Source: an archaeon BMS3Abin17
GTDB taxonomy: Archaea > Nanobdellota > Nanobdellia > Pacearchaeales > GW2011-AR1
Assembly: GCA_002897655.1 (NCBI GenBank)
Contig: BDTJ01000044.1
Coordinates: 1,605-65,604, forward strand
Reading direction: 5' to 3'
DNA length: 64,000 nucleotides
In this document: one piece after another, positions 39,663-49,061 of the stretch
Layout of the letters: each line of letters starts with the position of its first letter
Numbering within the stretch: position 1 is the first letter of the stretch
Made by a program: the position numbers and the translations under genes
The notes under the pieces: generated by a model
Seen by the model: only the letters and a program-made list of their open reading frames with translations
What the model was told of the DNA's origin: nothing
Databases searched by the model: none

Positions 39663-40510
39663 AAATTGTTTACTTTCCAACCTCTCTCCGCTAGTCGTTC
39701 AGCAATTATGCTCCTGTGACATGTTTTAAAATCTTTTTCAAAACACAACAATACTGTTTTTTTCCTTCTCGCTCTTCCTTCAATGTCTGAGATATTTTCT
39801 AAGACATCTGGGTCTTTTATATGTTTTTTATATTCTCTAAAAAATCTTTCATAATCCATGTCCTTATATAATTGATGTCTCACTTCTTTAGGAGAACCTA
39901 ATTGAGGCATATGTTTGTAAGTAATCCCAACTTCTTTTAATTTAGAACTTAGAATTGTTTTAGAAAATCCATTCTTTCTACTTAATGGAAGTTCTCTAAC
40001 ATCAATTAATTGTTGTACATTACTATCTTTAAGTTTCTTAATGAATTTTTCTATAGTGTATCCCTCATACCCAATAGTATAAATTGTATCATTTTCAGAA
40101 TTCCAAAAAAGATTGCCTCCAATCTTTATTCGTTTTAGTCCAATATCTTTTTCTAATAATCTAACCCATTTATTATTAGGGTTTTTTTGATGAAGATTTA
40201 ATTTATCCCTAATTTGTGTCCAAGTTAAACCAGCAGGATGTCTTTCAAGTATATTCTTTATAGAATCTTTAAATTCATCATAAAACATTTCTTCATCATT
40301 TTTACTTAGATTTTTTTTGGAAAGTGGTTTTAAAAACAATAAATCTTTTTTAATTTCATCTTGCAATTCAACTCCCTCTTTCCATCCTAATTGTTTTATT
40401 CTATCAGTAGGAATTACCAAAACCCATTTTACATATTTTTCATAATTAGGGTCATCCTTTTTTCTAGAAGATTGTTTTTGAAGTTTCATATCTTTTATCT
40501 TGGTACCCAT
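39659..40510 (-). CDS. AbrB-like + HTH + DUF488 fusion protein
   Basis: VLVIP..IKQLGWKEG (AbrB/MazE-like), GLTWTQIR helix region, then IYTIGYEG, DVR..P.SRK.GFSK and LLCFE..CHR (DUF488). Confidence 0.8.
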   Translation of the reverse strand: MGTKIKDMKLQKQSSRKKDDPNYEKYVKWVLVIPTDRIKQLGWKEGVELQDEIKKDLLFLKPLSKKNLSKNDEEMFYDEFKDSIKNILERHPAGLTWTQIRDKLNLHQKNPNNKWVRLLEKDIGLKRIKIGGNLFWNSENDTIYTIGYEGYTIEKFIKKLKDSNVQQLIDVRELPLSRKNGFSKTILSSKLKEVGITYKHMPQLGSPKEVRHQLYKDMDYERFFREYKKHIKDPDVLENISDIEGRARRKKTVLLCFEKDFKTCHRSIIAERLAERGWKVNNL

Positions 40511-40585
40511 TATTTAAAAGCTTATTGGTACCCACACCATATATATTTCTGGGTACCCAAATGTTTATAAAGGTCTGGGTACCCA
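40501..40585. promoter_or_regulatory. Four GGTACCCA operator-like repeats in the divergent promoter
   Basis: GGTACC cores at 40502, 40527, 40552 and 40578, alternating with TATA-like tracts. Confidence 0.65.
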
Positions 40586-40592
40586 TTATATT

Positions 40593-41570
40593 GTGGTGAT
40601 AAGATATGACACTATGGAACAACAAACAAAAATATTCCAGAACACAGAAAACTCAAAACCAATCATAGCTTTGCAAAAGAACAAATATACTTTAGAGCAA
40701 GAAAAAGAGAGATTCATCAACAATATGTGTGATTTCATAGAACCACTCAATTTTGAGCAATTACAGGTTATGGGAAGACCAAGAGCTGATTTTAAGGGTA
40801 TAATAAAGGCAATTTTGTTGATGTCTTATAATAGCATGTCCTACAGGAGAACTCAATCAGATTTAAGAAAGATGCATGAAGAAGGATTAATTCAATATAT
40901 TCCTCCAAAAAGTACATTAAATGATTATGTTAATAATGAGAATACTAAAGGATTAATTGAAAGACTAATACAAATATCAGCGTTATTCTTTAATGAAAAT
41001 GAAGATACAACTATTTTAGATTCTACTTGGTTTGGTCAAAGAATGTATTCTGGAGGTTACAGAAAAGTTTATGATAAGAAAAATGCTCCATTGCAAAAAG
41101 TTAGAAAGCTTCATATTGCTTGTTTAAAAAATAGTAAGGTTATTGCTTATGCTAAAGCCACGGTTGGAACAAAAAATGACAGTCCTTTATTTAATGAAAT
41201 TGTCAATGCTATTGTAAAAAATGGTTTCCATATTAAAACAGTTTTGGCGGATGCTGGTTACTCAAGCAAAAACAATTATGCACTTTGTAAAGAACTTGGA
41301 ATTTTGAATGTTTTTATTGACTTCAAGAAGAATGCTACACTAAGGAGAGCTAAGAGTGATTTATGGAGAGAGAAACTTAGATTGTATAAAGAACAAAAAG
41401 AAATCTGGAATCAAACTTACAGATTTAGAGTAATTGTGGAGGGAATTTTTTCAGCAATTAAGAAAAAAAATATTAATTATCTTCGTTCTCGGAAGGAGAT
41501 TGCTCAGGATGTTGAGGTTCTTCTGAAGGCTCTGGTTTACAATTTGACGATAATTGGGAAATATTCTTAA
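40593..41570 (+). CDS. DDE transposase (IS4/IS5-superfamily-like)
   Basis: SYRR..HTH, ILDST, KLHIAC, LADAGY and Y-x-x-R-x-x-VEGIFS-x-x-K signature; ATG at 40614 is an alternative start. Confidence 0.85.
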   Translation: MVIRYDTMEQQTKIFQNTENSKPIIALQKNKYTLEQEKERFINNMCDFIEPLNFEQLQVMGRPRADFKGIIKAILLMSYNSMSYRRTQSDLRKMHEEGLIQYIPPKSTLNDYVNNENTKGLIERLIQISALFFNENEDTTILDSTWFGQRMYSGGYRKVYDKKNAPLQKVRKLHIACLKNSKVIAYAKATVGTKNDSPLFNEIVNAIVKNGFHIKTVLADAGYSSKNNYALCKELGILNVFIDFKKNATLRRAKSDLWREKLRLYKEQKEIWNQTYRFRVIVEGIFSAIKKKNINYLRSRKEIAQDVEVLLKALVYNLTIIGKYS

Positions 41571-42201
41571 CTTCTTCAATTCCAGCAAAAAGAATCTTGT
41601 TATTTGTCCAATCCATCTTACAAGGAGTATAAAATCTAATTTCCTTTATTTTTGGTTCAAAATTGTCCCCTGAAATTTCTATTATTGCAAAATATCTTTT
41701 ATCTTCACAAATAAAATTTCTACCTCCTGTAGAAGAAAAAATAACTTCTTTTGTTGCACTATCAATCCAAAATAAATCACAAAATTCCCATCCCCCTTTA
41801 GGTGAAATATCTTTATTCTCTTTAAAAATAGGAATTAATTGATTAATATCTGATACTAAATTTATCCTCTCAGGGTCTATTCTAAACCCCATATCTCTTG
41901 GAGCACTAGACCATTTTAATACGTCTGGTTCATTCTTATCTAGCACATTATTTCTCTCTTCAGATTTAACAGACAACAGTTTTACCTTACAATTTCTAGC
42001 AACTGTTTTACCCTCATTAACAATTTTTATACGAAAAAGCATTCCCATTGAATTTAAAAAAGGGTAAATAGAATAAGGTTCGTAATTTCCAAATCCAATT
42101 TTTATAAGAGGTCTATCTTTCCAATCCCAAAATCTTTTTCCAAATAATGCAACAACAACAGCCAAAAAAGTTATTATTATTAAAATTACTGTTAAAACCA
42201 T
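41473..42201 (-). CDS. Hypothetical protein with N-terminal TM anchor
   Basis: Hydrophobic N-terminus; 3' end overlaps the transposase by 98 nt, so the true end is uncertain. Confidence 0.6.
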   Translation of the reverse strand: MVLTVILIIITFLAVVVALFGKRFWDWKDRPLIKIGFGNYEPYSIYPFLNSMGMLFRIKIVNEGKTVARNCKVKLLSVKSEERNNVLDKNEPDVLKWSSAPRDMGFRIDPERINLVSDINQLIPIFKENKDISPKGGWEFCDLFWIDSATKEVIFSSTGGRNFICEDKRYFAIIEISGDNFEPKIKEIRFYTPCKMDWTNNKILFAGIEEVKNISQLSSNCKPEPSEEPQHPEQSPSENEDN

Positions 42202-42563
42202 AAAAGAGTTTAGAGAAAGAAGTTTTTAATGATTATTGTATTTCTTTATTCGGACACTATTTGGATTGTTTTAACTTTTCGGACTGTGTTATTAAAACAG
42301 CAAACTTTAAAAACTCATTCTGGTATTAATATATTATTAGAAGAATATCGATTAAAATAAGTAGATTAATCAATCACATTCACGATCACATTGTTAATTT
42401 AGCATATTAATGCTCTTTACGAATGCAGAACTGACAAAAATTAGTCTGATATTTTTCTACGATAGAAAATTTGTGTAAATAGGAATTTTCTGGGACAGAA
42501 AACATTTTGTTTTCTATAGAAATCAATATGATTTCATTCAATTAAATAAGGAAAAACAAAAAC

Positions 42564-43730
42564 ATGGCAAAAATAAGTCCAGTATCAATAAAATACATGA
42601 TACACGCGAACTTCACAGCTGAAGGTGCTTTGGAAAAACCTGATGTAATCGGAGCTATTTTTGGACAGACAGAAGGATTGCTTGGAGCAGACTTAGAAAT
42701 GAGAGAATTGCAAAAAGAAGGAAAAATCGGAAGAATTGAAGTTGATTTGAAGAGAGATGGAAAGCAGACTACAGGAATTATTAAGATTCCTACTGCGTTA
42801 GACCAGTCAGAGACAACTCTTATTGCTGCTGCAGTAGAGACAATAGAGAGAATCGGACCGAGTGATGCTCAGATTGAGATAGAAAGAATAGAAGATGTCA
42901 GAGGAAGCAAAAGAGATTACATAATTGAAAGGGCAAAGAAGCTCATGACAAACATACAAGGTTCTACAGATTCAAGAGAGATTTCAAATGAGATTAAGTT
43001 CTCTGCCAGAACTGCAAGTATCAGCGAGTATGGCAATGAAAAACTTCCCTGCGGGGACTTGTCTGGAAAAGAAATAGTTGTAGTTGAAGGAAGAGCAGAT
43101 GTCCTTAACCTGATGAGGAATGGGGTTAACAATGTTATAGCAATGAATGGAACAAAACTTCCTGACTCAATAAGAGGATTAAGCAAGGAAAAAGATATAA
43201 TCCTTTTTGTTGATGGTGACAGAGGTGGAAAGCTAATCATAAAAAACGTTGTTGATAATGCAGAAGTCAAGTATATTGCAATTGCACCTGATGGGAAAGA
43301 AGTCGAAGAGCTTAATGGAAAAGAAATTTTAATGAATTTAAGAAAAAAGGTTCCAATAGAGGAGTTTGAAAAAAGCTCCTCTAAAAGAGCTCCTAAAAGA
43401 ATAGAGAAAAAACAAGAAGAAGAAACTCCTAAAAATAAACAAATAGAATTAAACTCAAAGAATAAATCAATATTAAAAGAGCTTTCTGACAGGAATAATG
43501 GAAGTGGAAAGGCTATCCTATTAGACGATAATCTTAAAGAAATTAAAAAGGTCTCAATCAAGGGATTGGAAAATACAATATATCGAATGAGAGAAAGACC
43601 CAGCATAATTATAATTGACGGAACAGTCACTGTGCCAATACTAAGAGATTCAGAAGATGCAGGTGTTCAGGCAATTGTGGCAAAAAACTTCACAACAACA
43701 GACACAAATATTGAATTACTTAGTCTGTGA
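42564..43730 (+). CDS. dnaG: Archaeal DnaG-type primase/exosome-associated protein
   Basis: PDVIGAIFGQTEGLLG, VVEGRADV, TOPRIM DGDRGG. Confidence 0.95.
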   Translation: MAKISPVSIKYMIHANFTAEGALEKPDVIGAIFGQTEGLLGADLEMRELQKEGKIGRIEVDLKRDGKQTTGIIKIPTALDQSETTLIAAAVETIERIGPSDAQIEIERIEDVRGSKRDYIIERAKKLMTNIQGSTDSREISNEIKFSARTASISEYGNEKLPCGDLSGKEIVVVEGRADVLNLMRNGVNNVIAMNGTKLPDSIRGLSKEKDIILFVDGDRGGKLIIKNVVDNAEVKYIAIAPDGKEVEELNGKEILMNLRKKVPIEEFEKSSSKRAPKRIEKKQEEETPKNKQIELNSKNKSILKELSDRNNGSGKAILLDDNLKEIKKVSIKGLENTIYRMRERPSIIIIDGTVTVPILRDSEDAGVQAIVAKNFTTTDTNIELLSL

Positions 43731-43776
43731 TGTTTTAGGATAATCATATTTATATAGATAAGATTTTTCTAGAAAT

Positions 43777-44016
43777 ATGACTAAGAGTATAATAGACCAA
43801 CTGCAAGTTATTGAGCATACCCATATCACAGATGAGGAAGCAAAATTTCATTCTGATAATTTAAAAAAAGCGATTACATTAAGAAAAAGTGCTGAGGAAG
43901 TTTTAGGATATTTTAAGAGAAGAAAAGATAATAGAATTTATCAAATGAGAAGTACTTGCAGGATTTGCTACTCTAAATGGCATAGAGAGTATTATGGTGA
44001 AAAAGTTGAGTTGTAA
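43777..44016 (+). CDS. Hypothetical protein
   Basis: 79-aa ORF with CxxC. Confidence 0.45.
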   Translation: MTKSIIDQLQVIEHTHITDEEAKFHSDNLKKAITLRKSAEEVLGYFKRRKDNRIYQMRSTCRICYSKWHREYYGEKVEL

Positions 44017-44060
44017 TAATTATTCAAAACCTTTAAATTCCCTATTTTCTCATTGTTATC

Positions 44061-44834
44061 ATGACAATTCGGTTTGGACCTGCTGGTTTAGGAGGGGTAA
44101 AACAGGCTATTTCTAATCTTGAAAGATACCATAAATTAGGCTTTAAAGCATGTGAGGTGGCTTTTGGTCGTGGAGTTTATATAAAAAATAATAGTGATGC
44201 TAAGAGGATTGGAAAGGCTGCTAAAAAGCTGGGGATAAGATTGAGCATTCATGCGCCCTATTGGGTTAATCTTAATTCACATGATAAAGAAGTAACCAAA
44301 AAAAGCAAGGAAAGAATTCTTAGAAGCTGTGAGATTGGGACATATTTAGGTGCATACAGAGTTGTATTTCACCCTGGATACTATAATAAGATAAGCAGGG
44401 AGGAAACATATGAGAATATAAAAAGAGAAATCTTAGATATTAAAAAGACAATAAAAGAAAAAAAATACACTCCAAAACTTGCTCCAGAAACAACAGGGAA
44501 AATTAATGTTTTTGGAAGTGTTGATGAGATTAAGAAATTGGTTGATGAAACGGGATGTGAGTTTTGCATTGATTTTGCGCATATACTTGCAAGAGAAAAA
44601 GACTACAAGTTTAAAGAAGTCTTTGAAAAATTCAAAGAACATGATAAGATTCATGTGCACTTCTCTGGCATAACATACAGTGAAAAAGGGGAGATTAGCC
44701 ATAAAAAGACTTCTGAAGAAGAGCTTAAAAAATTAATATCAAATTTGCCAAAAAACAAAGAGATAAATGTGATAAATGAGAGTCCAGATTCTGTTGAAGA
44801 TTCTATTTTGAGTCTAAAGATTTACCGACGGTAA
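44061..44834 (+). CDS. nfo: Endonuclease IV-like TIM-barrel AP endonuclease
   Basis: FGPAG, SIHAPYWVNL, VFHPG, PETTGK, DFAH, HVHFSG, ESP. Confidence 0.85.
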   Translation: MTIRFGPAGLGGVKQAISNLERYHKLGFKACEVAFGRGVYIKNNSDAKRIGKAAKKLGIRLSIHAPYWVNLNSHDKEVTKKSKERILRSCEIGTYLGAYRVVFHPGYYNKISREETYENIKREILDIKKTIKEKKYTPKLAPETTGKINVFGSVDEIKKLVDETGCEFCIDFAHILAREKDYKFKEVFEKFKEHDKIHVHFSGITYSEKGEISHKKTSEEELKKLISNLPKNKEINVINESPDSVEDSILSLKIYRR

Positions 44835-44996
44835 AATCACTTCTATAAAAAAATTACTCAGTGTTAAGGCAGATAGTGACATTTTATCACTTAGTAATTA
44901 CTATATAGTGTCGTCACCATAAAGTTTATAAACAAGTTCTATGTGAATAAAATAGCAGAAAAACAAAGATTTTCTGCGTAATTAAATATATAAAAA

Positions 44997-46271
44997 ATGA
45001 AAATGAATGCCAAAAACATGTTGGTTTCTTTTCAAGCAATCGTAATTGCTTTGCTTTTAGTTGCTACTGTAAGTGCTTTTACAGTTACAGGAGACTTAGC
45101 AAACATTGATGTTGTTAAGATTGATGGCGTAAAAGCTAATGGAAATGACATCGCTGTTGAAGCTGGAGATACTGTTAGTGTTAAAGTTTACTTTAATTCA
45201 CTTGTGAATGCATCTGATGTAAGAGTAAAGGCAGAAATTGAAGGGGACAAAGTAGATGTTGAGGACAGAACTAGTTCTTTTGATGTTGAAGACGGAAAAA
45301 GATATAGCAAGACTTTAACACTTAAAATCCCTTATGAACTTAAAGATGTGCTTTCTGATGACCTGGATTTATCTATAAAGGTATGGAACGGGGATTACAA
45401 GTCAGAAATTGAAGACATCACTTTAAGAGTTCAAAGACCTACATACAACGCAGACGTTAAGTCAGTTAACACACCTCAGGCAGTTGAAGCTGGAGATAAG
45501 ATTCCAGTTGATGTTGTTTTGAAGAATATGGGTTACAATGACTTGGATGATGTGTATGTAACTGCAAGTATTTCTGCTTTAGGAATTGAGAGAACATCTT
45601 ATTTCGGTGACTTAGTTGCAATAGAATGTAACAAAGACAGTTCAGCTGAAGAAAACTATGGTGTTGACATCGACAGAAAGTGTGATGAAGATGATGAAGA
45701 CACTGTAAGCGGAAGACTTTATTTAGAAGTTCCTTTCGGTTCTGAAGAAGGTATATACACTCTTGAAGTAGAAGTTACAAACGATGACACAAGCACTACT
45801 ATAGTTAAGCAAATAGTTATATCAAACGACTTTGCTGACAATGTTATTGTAACAAGCTCAAGCGCAAGTGCCTCTGCTGGCGAAAATGCTGAATACAGTT
45901 TATTGATTGTAAACCCAACTAACAAGTTGAAAGTTTACAGAGTTGTTTCAGGATCAAGCGATGACTTATCAACAAGTGTTGATGATTCTGTTATTGCTGT
46001 TACTGCTGGTTCAAGTAAGACTGTTAAAGTTACTGCAAGTTCAAGTGTTGAAGGAGAATACGACTTCACTGTAGACGTAATCTCTGGAGATGAAATTGTG
46101 GGAACTGTTAATCTTGCTTTGACTGTAGAAGGCGGAAGCTCAGTAAATAGTCCGATTGTTATTTTGACAGTTATCTTAGCAATAATCTTTTTAGTATTGC
46201 TTGTTGTATTAATTGTCTTAATAGGAAAGAAGCCTGAGAAATCAGAAGAATTCGGAGAAAGTTATTACTAA
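44997..46271 (+). CDS. Acidic surface/S-layer-like protein with Ig-like domains
   Basis: Signal peptide (..ATVSA), D/E/V/S-rich beta repeats (KNMG..DLDDV), C-terminal TM and short tail. Confidence 0.7.
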   Translation: MKMNAKNMLVSFQAIVIALLLVATVSAFTVTGDLANIDVVKIDGVKANGNDIAVEAGDTVSVKVYFNSLVNASDVRVKAEIEGDKVDVEDRTSSFDVEDGKRYSKTLTLKIPYELKDVLSDDLDLSIKVWNGDYKSEIEDITLRVQRPTYNADVKSVNTPQAVEAGDKIPVDVVLKNMGYNDLDDVYVTASISALGIERTSYFGDLVAIECNKDSSAEENYGVDIDRKCDEDDEDTVSGRLYLEVPFGSEEGIYTLEVEVTNDDTSTTIVKQIVISNDFADNVIVTSSSASASAGENAEYSLLIVNPTNKLKVYRVVSGSSDDLSTSVDDSVIAVTAGSSKTVKVTASSSVEGEYDFTVDVISGDEIVGTVNLALTVEGGSSVNSPIVILTVILAIIFLVLLVVLIVLIGKKPEKSEEFGESYY

Positions 46272-46324
46272 TTTTTCTTAATTTTTTATTTTTATTTTTA
46301 TTTTACTTTCTCCTTTTTTTATTT
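46272..46324 (+). terminator. Oligo-T tract terminator
   Basis: Multiple T runs right after the surface-protein stop codon. Confidence 0.45.
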
Positions 46325-46351
46325 ATGACCTAGTGTTAGCTAGAAGCGAAG

Positions 46352-46849
46352 ATGACAGGAAGCTTAGAAGAAATGAAAGAATTGGCTCATGAAATGGGTA
46401 GATATTACTATAAAGGGTTTGGTAATTGTCTTGCAGGAATAGGTGGGAATATAGGTTGTTATGAAGATGGAGAAAAAGGAAAAGAGGCTATTGAAAAATC
46501 TCAAAGATTATTTTTAAAGATTGATGGGGCTTATAAGGAAATCCCATTTAAAGAACTCCATAGAAGAGAAGAATTTTATCCATTATTTATTACAAAAGAA
46601 TTAATTCACCAGATTGGAGATAATATAAAAAAAATAGAGGAGAATCCATTAGGAAGTTTGATGAGCAAGGTTGGATTAAGTAGATTAGCAATGCATGTCA
46701 CAGCAGGCATGTGTGTGGGGCATATTTATAGAGTAAAGTTAAATGAAATTATTAAAGAAATACGTAAATACTCGAAAAATAAGGATTTTCATATAGAAGT
46801 AGTAGACATACTTAAAGACAACAAAAAATTTAGATATAATGTTTTTTAG
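46352..46849 (+). CDS. Hypothetical protein
   Basis: 165-aa ORF. Confidence 0.5.
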   Translation: MTGSLEEMKELAHEMGRYYYKGFGNCLAGIGGNIGCYEDGEKGKEAIEKSQRLFLKIDGAYKEIPFKELHRREEFYPLFITKELIHQIGDNIKKIEENPLGSLMSKVGLSRLAMHVTAGMCVGHIYRVKLNEIIKEIRKYSKNKDFHIEVVDILKDNKKFRYNVF

Positions 46850-46862
46850 TCCTCAACAAACC

Positions 46863-47219
46863 TCATTCTAAACCTAAACTTATCTTAATAGCTAAATCAA
46901 CTTTATTCATGATAAGATTATCAAGATGACTTAACTTCTTAATAATTCTTCTTTTATCAATTGTTCTTATTTGATTAAGTAAAACTACAGAATCTTTTTC
47001 TAAATTTGAATCACTTTTTGATAAAATTACATTAGTTGGATATTCTTTTTCATAAACTTTAGAGGTTATAGGGGCAACAATTGTTAATGGACTAAATTTA
47101 TTTGATATGTTATTCTGGATAATAAGCGCTGGCCTAATTTTTCCTTGTTCCACTCCTTTAACTGGCTCAAAATTAACCAGAAATATATCTCCTCTTAATA
47201 TTTTTGCTACCATTCCCAA
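46863..47219 (-). CDS. mazF: MazF/PemK toxin
   Basis: RGDI..P..G.EQGKIRPALIIQN, VAPITS, QIRTIDKRR. Confidence 0.92.
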   Translation of the reverse strand: MGMVAKILRGDIFLVNFEPVKGVEQGKIRPALIIQNNISNKFSPLTIVAPITSKVYEKEYPTNVILSKSDSNLEKDSVVLLNQIRTIDKRRIIKKLSHLDNLIMNKVDLAIKISLGLE

Positions 47220-47440
47220 TCTAATTCAGCATCAATAGCTTCCAATTCTTTGTTAATTTTTAGGCTATCTTCTGCCATTGCCTTGCACCCTTCTATTAAT
47301 AATTTCTCTTGTTTTCTTTTTTGCTCTTCTGCAACTTTCATTAAATTCAAGATAATCTGCTCGTAAGTTTCTTTATTTGTCTTTAATCTATCTAAAGCAT
47401 TTTTCACATTTTCATTAAGCTGGATTGTTGTTACCATCAT
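47207..47440 (-). CDS. Putative RHH-type antitoxin
   Basis: TTIQL..L..LK...ETYEQII pattern, acidic C-terminus, overlaps mazF. Confidence 0.75.
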   Translation of the reverse strand: MMVTTIQLNENVKNALDRLKTNKETYEQIILNLMKVAEEQKRKQEKLLIEGCKAMAEDSLKINKELEAIDAELDWEW

Positions 47441-47483
47441 GCTATAGACCGACTATAGTTTATAAATTTTATGTTTGATGATT

Positions 47484-48098
47484 TTAACCCTCAATAAAAG
47501 GAACAAAAACAAACCCAGGTATTTCTTCTTTTATTGTATAGTTATTCTTTATCTTCTTAATAGCTACAAGAGTTTGTTCATATCTTGAGCCAACAGGTGC
47601 AACAAGTATTCCGTTATCTTTTAATTGGTTTTGAATTGTCTTGGAAATCTTTTCACATGCTGCACTTATTAAAATTCTGTCAAAAGGGGCTTTTTCTTTT
47701 AATCCTTTAGAACCATTTTGATTGTATGATACTATATTTTTGTAATCCTTTAAATTATTCTTTGATTTTTCAGCAAGCTCTTTTATTCTCTCTATACCAT
47801 AAACCCTGCCTTTATCCCCAACAATCTCAGAAATAAGAGCAAGAACATAACCACATCCAGAGCCTAATTCAAGGACTTTCTGGCCTTTTTTCAGCTCAAG
47901 CATGCTCAACATCATAGCAATTGTATATGGCTGAGAGATTGTCTGGGCTTCACCTATTGGCAAAGCAGTATCTTCATAAGCATATTTTTTTAATTTGTCT
48001 GGTATAAAATTCTCACGTTTTACTTTTTCAAATGCATTTAGTATTCTTCTTGAGAATCCTTTTTGTTTTAATGAATTAATGAGGGCTTGTTTGTTCAT
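47484..48098 (-). CDS. pcm: Protein-L-isoaspartate O-methyltransferase
   Basis: AYED.ALPIG..QTISQP, VLELGSGCGY, APFDRI. Confidence 0.93.
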   Translation of the reverse strand: MNKQALINSLKQKGFSRRILNAFEKVKRENFIPDKLKKYAYEDTALPIGEAQTISQPYTIAMMLSMLELKKGQKVLELGSGCGYVLALISEIVGDKGRVYGIERIKELAEKSKNNLKDYKNIVSYNQNGSKGLKEKAPFDRILISAACEKISKTIQNQLKDNGILVAPVGSRYEQTLVAIKKIKNNYTIKEEIPGFVFVPFIEG

Positions 48099-49060
48099 TT
48101 TCCTTGTTTTAATCCTGTTCTGCCTTGATTAAGCCAGTATTCATTTTCTTCAGAAGTGTTTTTATTAACAATCTTGTCAAAATTAGCGCATAATAAATGC
48201 ATTGCATGAGCTAATTCAATATATATTGGAAGAACATTTAGTTCTTCATTAGTTAATTTGATTGCTTTTTGATATTCTTTCAATAATATCTCTATATTAT
48301 CTTGACTATTCTTCTTATTAGCTGGATTAAAAAATAAATTGCAAGATAAAACTGCCAATTCTTGTATTCTTGGATAATAATTAGAAACTGAGAAATCTAT
48401 TAACCAAAGTTTATTTTGATTATCCTTCATAATATTTGTTACAATTAAATCCCCATGAACAAAGCAACGAGGTAGTTTTTCTATTTCAAGTTCATTGAAT
48501 TTTTTGACAAGAGGCCCAATTAACCCTAAATCTTCCTTAGATAACACACTTTTCTTTTTTTCAAACTCTTTAAGAAAATTAGTTACTGCCCATTCATCCT
48601 CCATGAATTTTGGTTTTAAGTCTATTGAATTAATAAGAGATACTTGTTTTGCAATAAACCTTATTTCATCTTTATTTAATTTCGCACCTGATTCAAAAAT
48701 TGTTTTGCCATTAATAAATCCCATCACACATAACCTTATGTTTGTTTTGTTGATTTTATTAGTATAAAGATATCCATTATCTAATTTATATAATTTAGGT
48801 GTTGCAATCTTGGCTTCAATAGCTTTTTCCATGATTTCCACATATCTATGGCAATCATCAATAGTTCTACTATTTGAGAATATTTTTACAAAGTATTTAC
48901 TTTTTGTTGTTTGAAGAATAAAATTAAAATCTTCGTAGCCCATTAGAATTATTTTATTTGATTTAAATCCTCCTAATTTGTAATCCTTGCAAATCTGTAG
49001 AGAGATATCCTTTAAATCCCCATTATAACTTATTCTTTTTTTGAATGATTTTTCTTTCAT
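48095..49060 (-). CDS. APH/homoserine kinase type II-like phosphotransferase
   Basis: GYEDFN, VKIF, HGDL..N, IDF. Confidence 0.8.
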   Translation of the reverse strand: MKEKSFKKRISYNGDLKDISLQICKDYKLGGFKSNKIILMGYEDFNFILQTTKSKYFVKIFSNSRTIDDCHRYVEIMEKAIEAKIATPKLYKLDNGYLYTNKINKTNIRLCVMGFINGKTIFESGAKLNKDEIRFIAKQVSLINSIDLKPKFMEDEWAVTNFLKEFEKKKSVLSKEDLGLIGPLVKKFNELEIEKLPRCFVHGDLIVTNIMKDNQNKLWLIDFSVSNYYPRIQELAVLSCNLFFNPANKKNSQDNIEILLKEYQKAIKLTNEELNVLPIYIELAHAMHLLCANFDKIVNKNTSEENEYWLNQGRTGLKQGK

Positions 49061-49061
49061 A

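Larger units (their letters stand above)
34456..42290. mobile_element. 7,835-bp cargo-carrying DDE transposon
   Basis: Perfect 13-bp TIRs AACACAGTCCGAA (34456-34468) / TTCGGACTGTGTT (42278-42290); 9-bp direct repeat ATTAAAACA at 34447-34455 and 42291-42299; subterminal GTCCGAA-like repeats; one internal DDE transposase. Confidence 0.85.

Noticed and set aside
40501-40585. Possible mini-CRISPR
   Set aside because: 8-10-bp units with about 16-bp TATA-like spacers fit operators, not CRISPR
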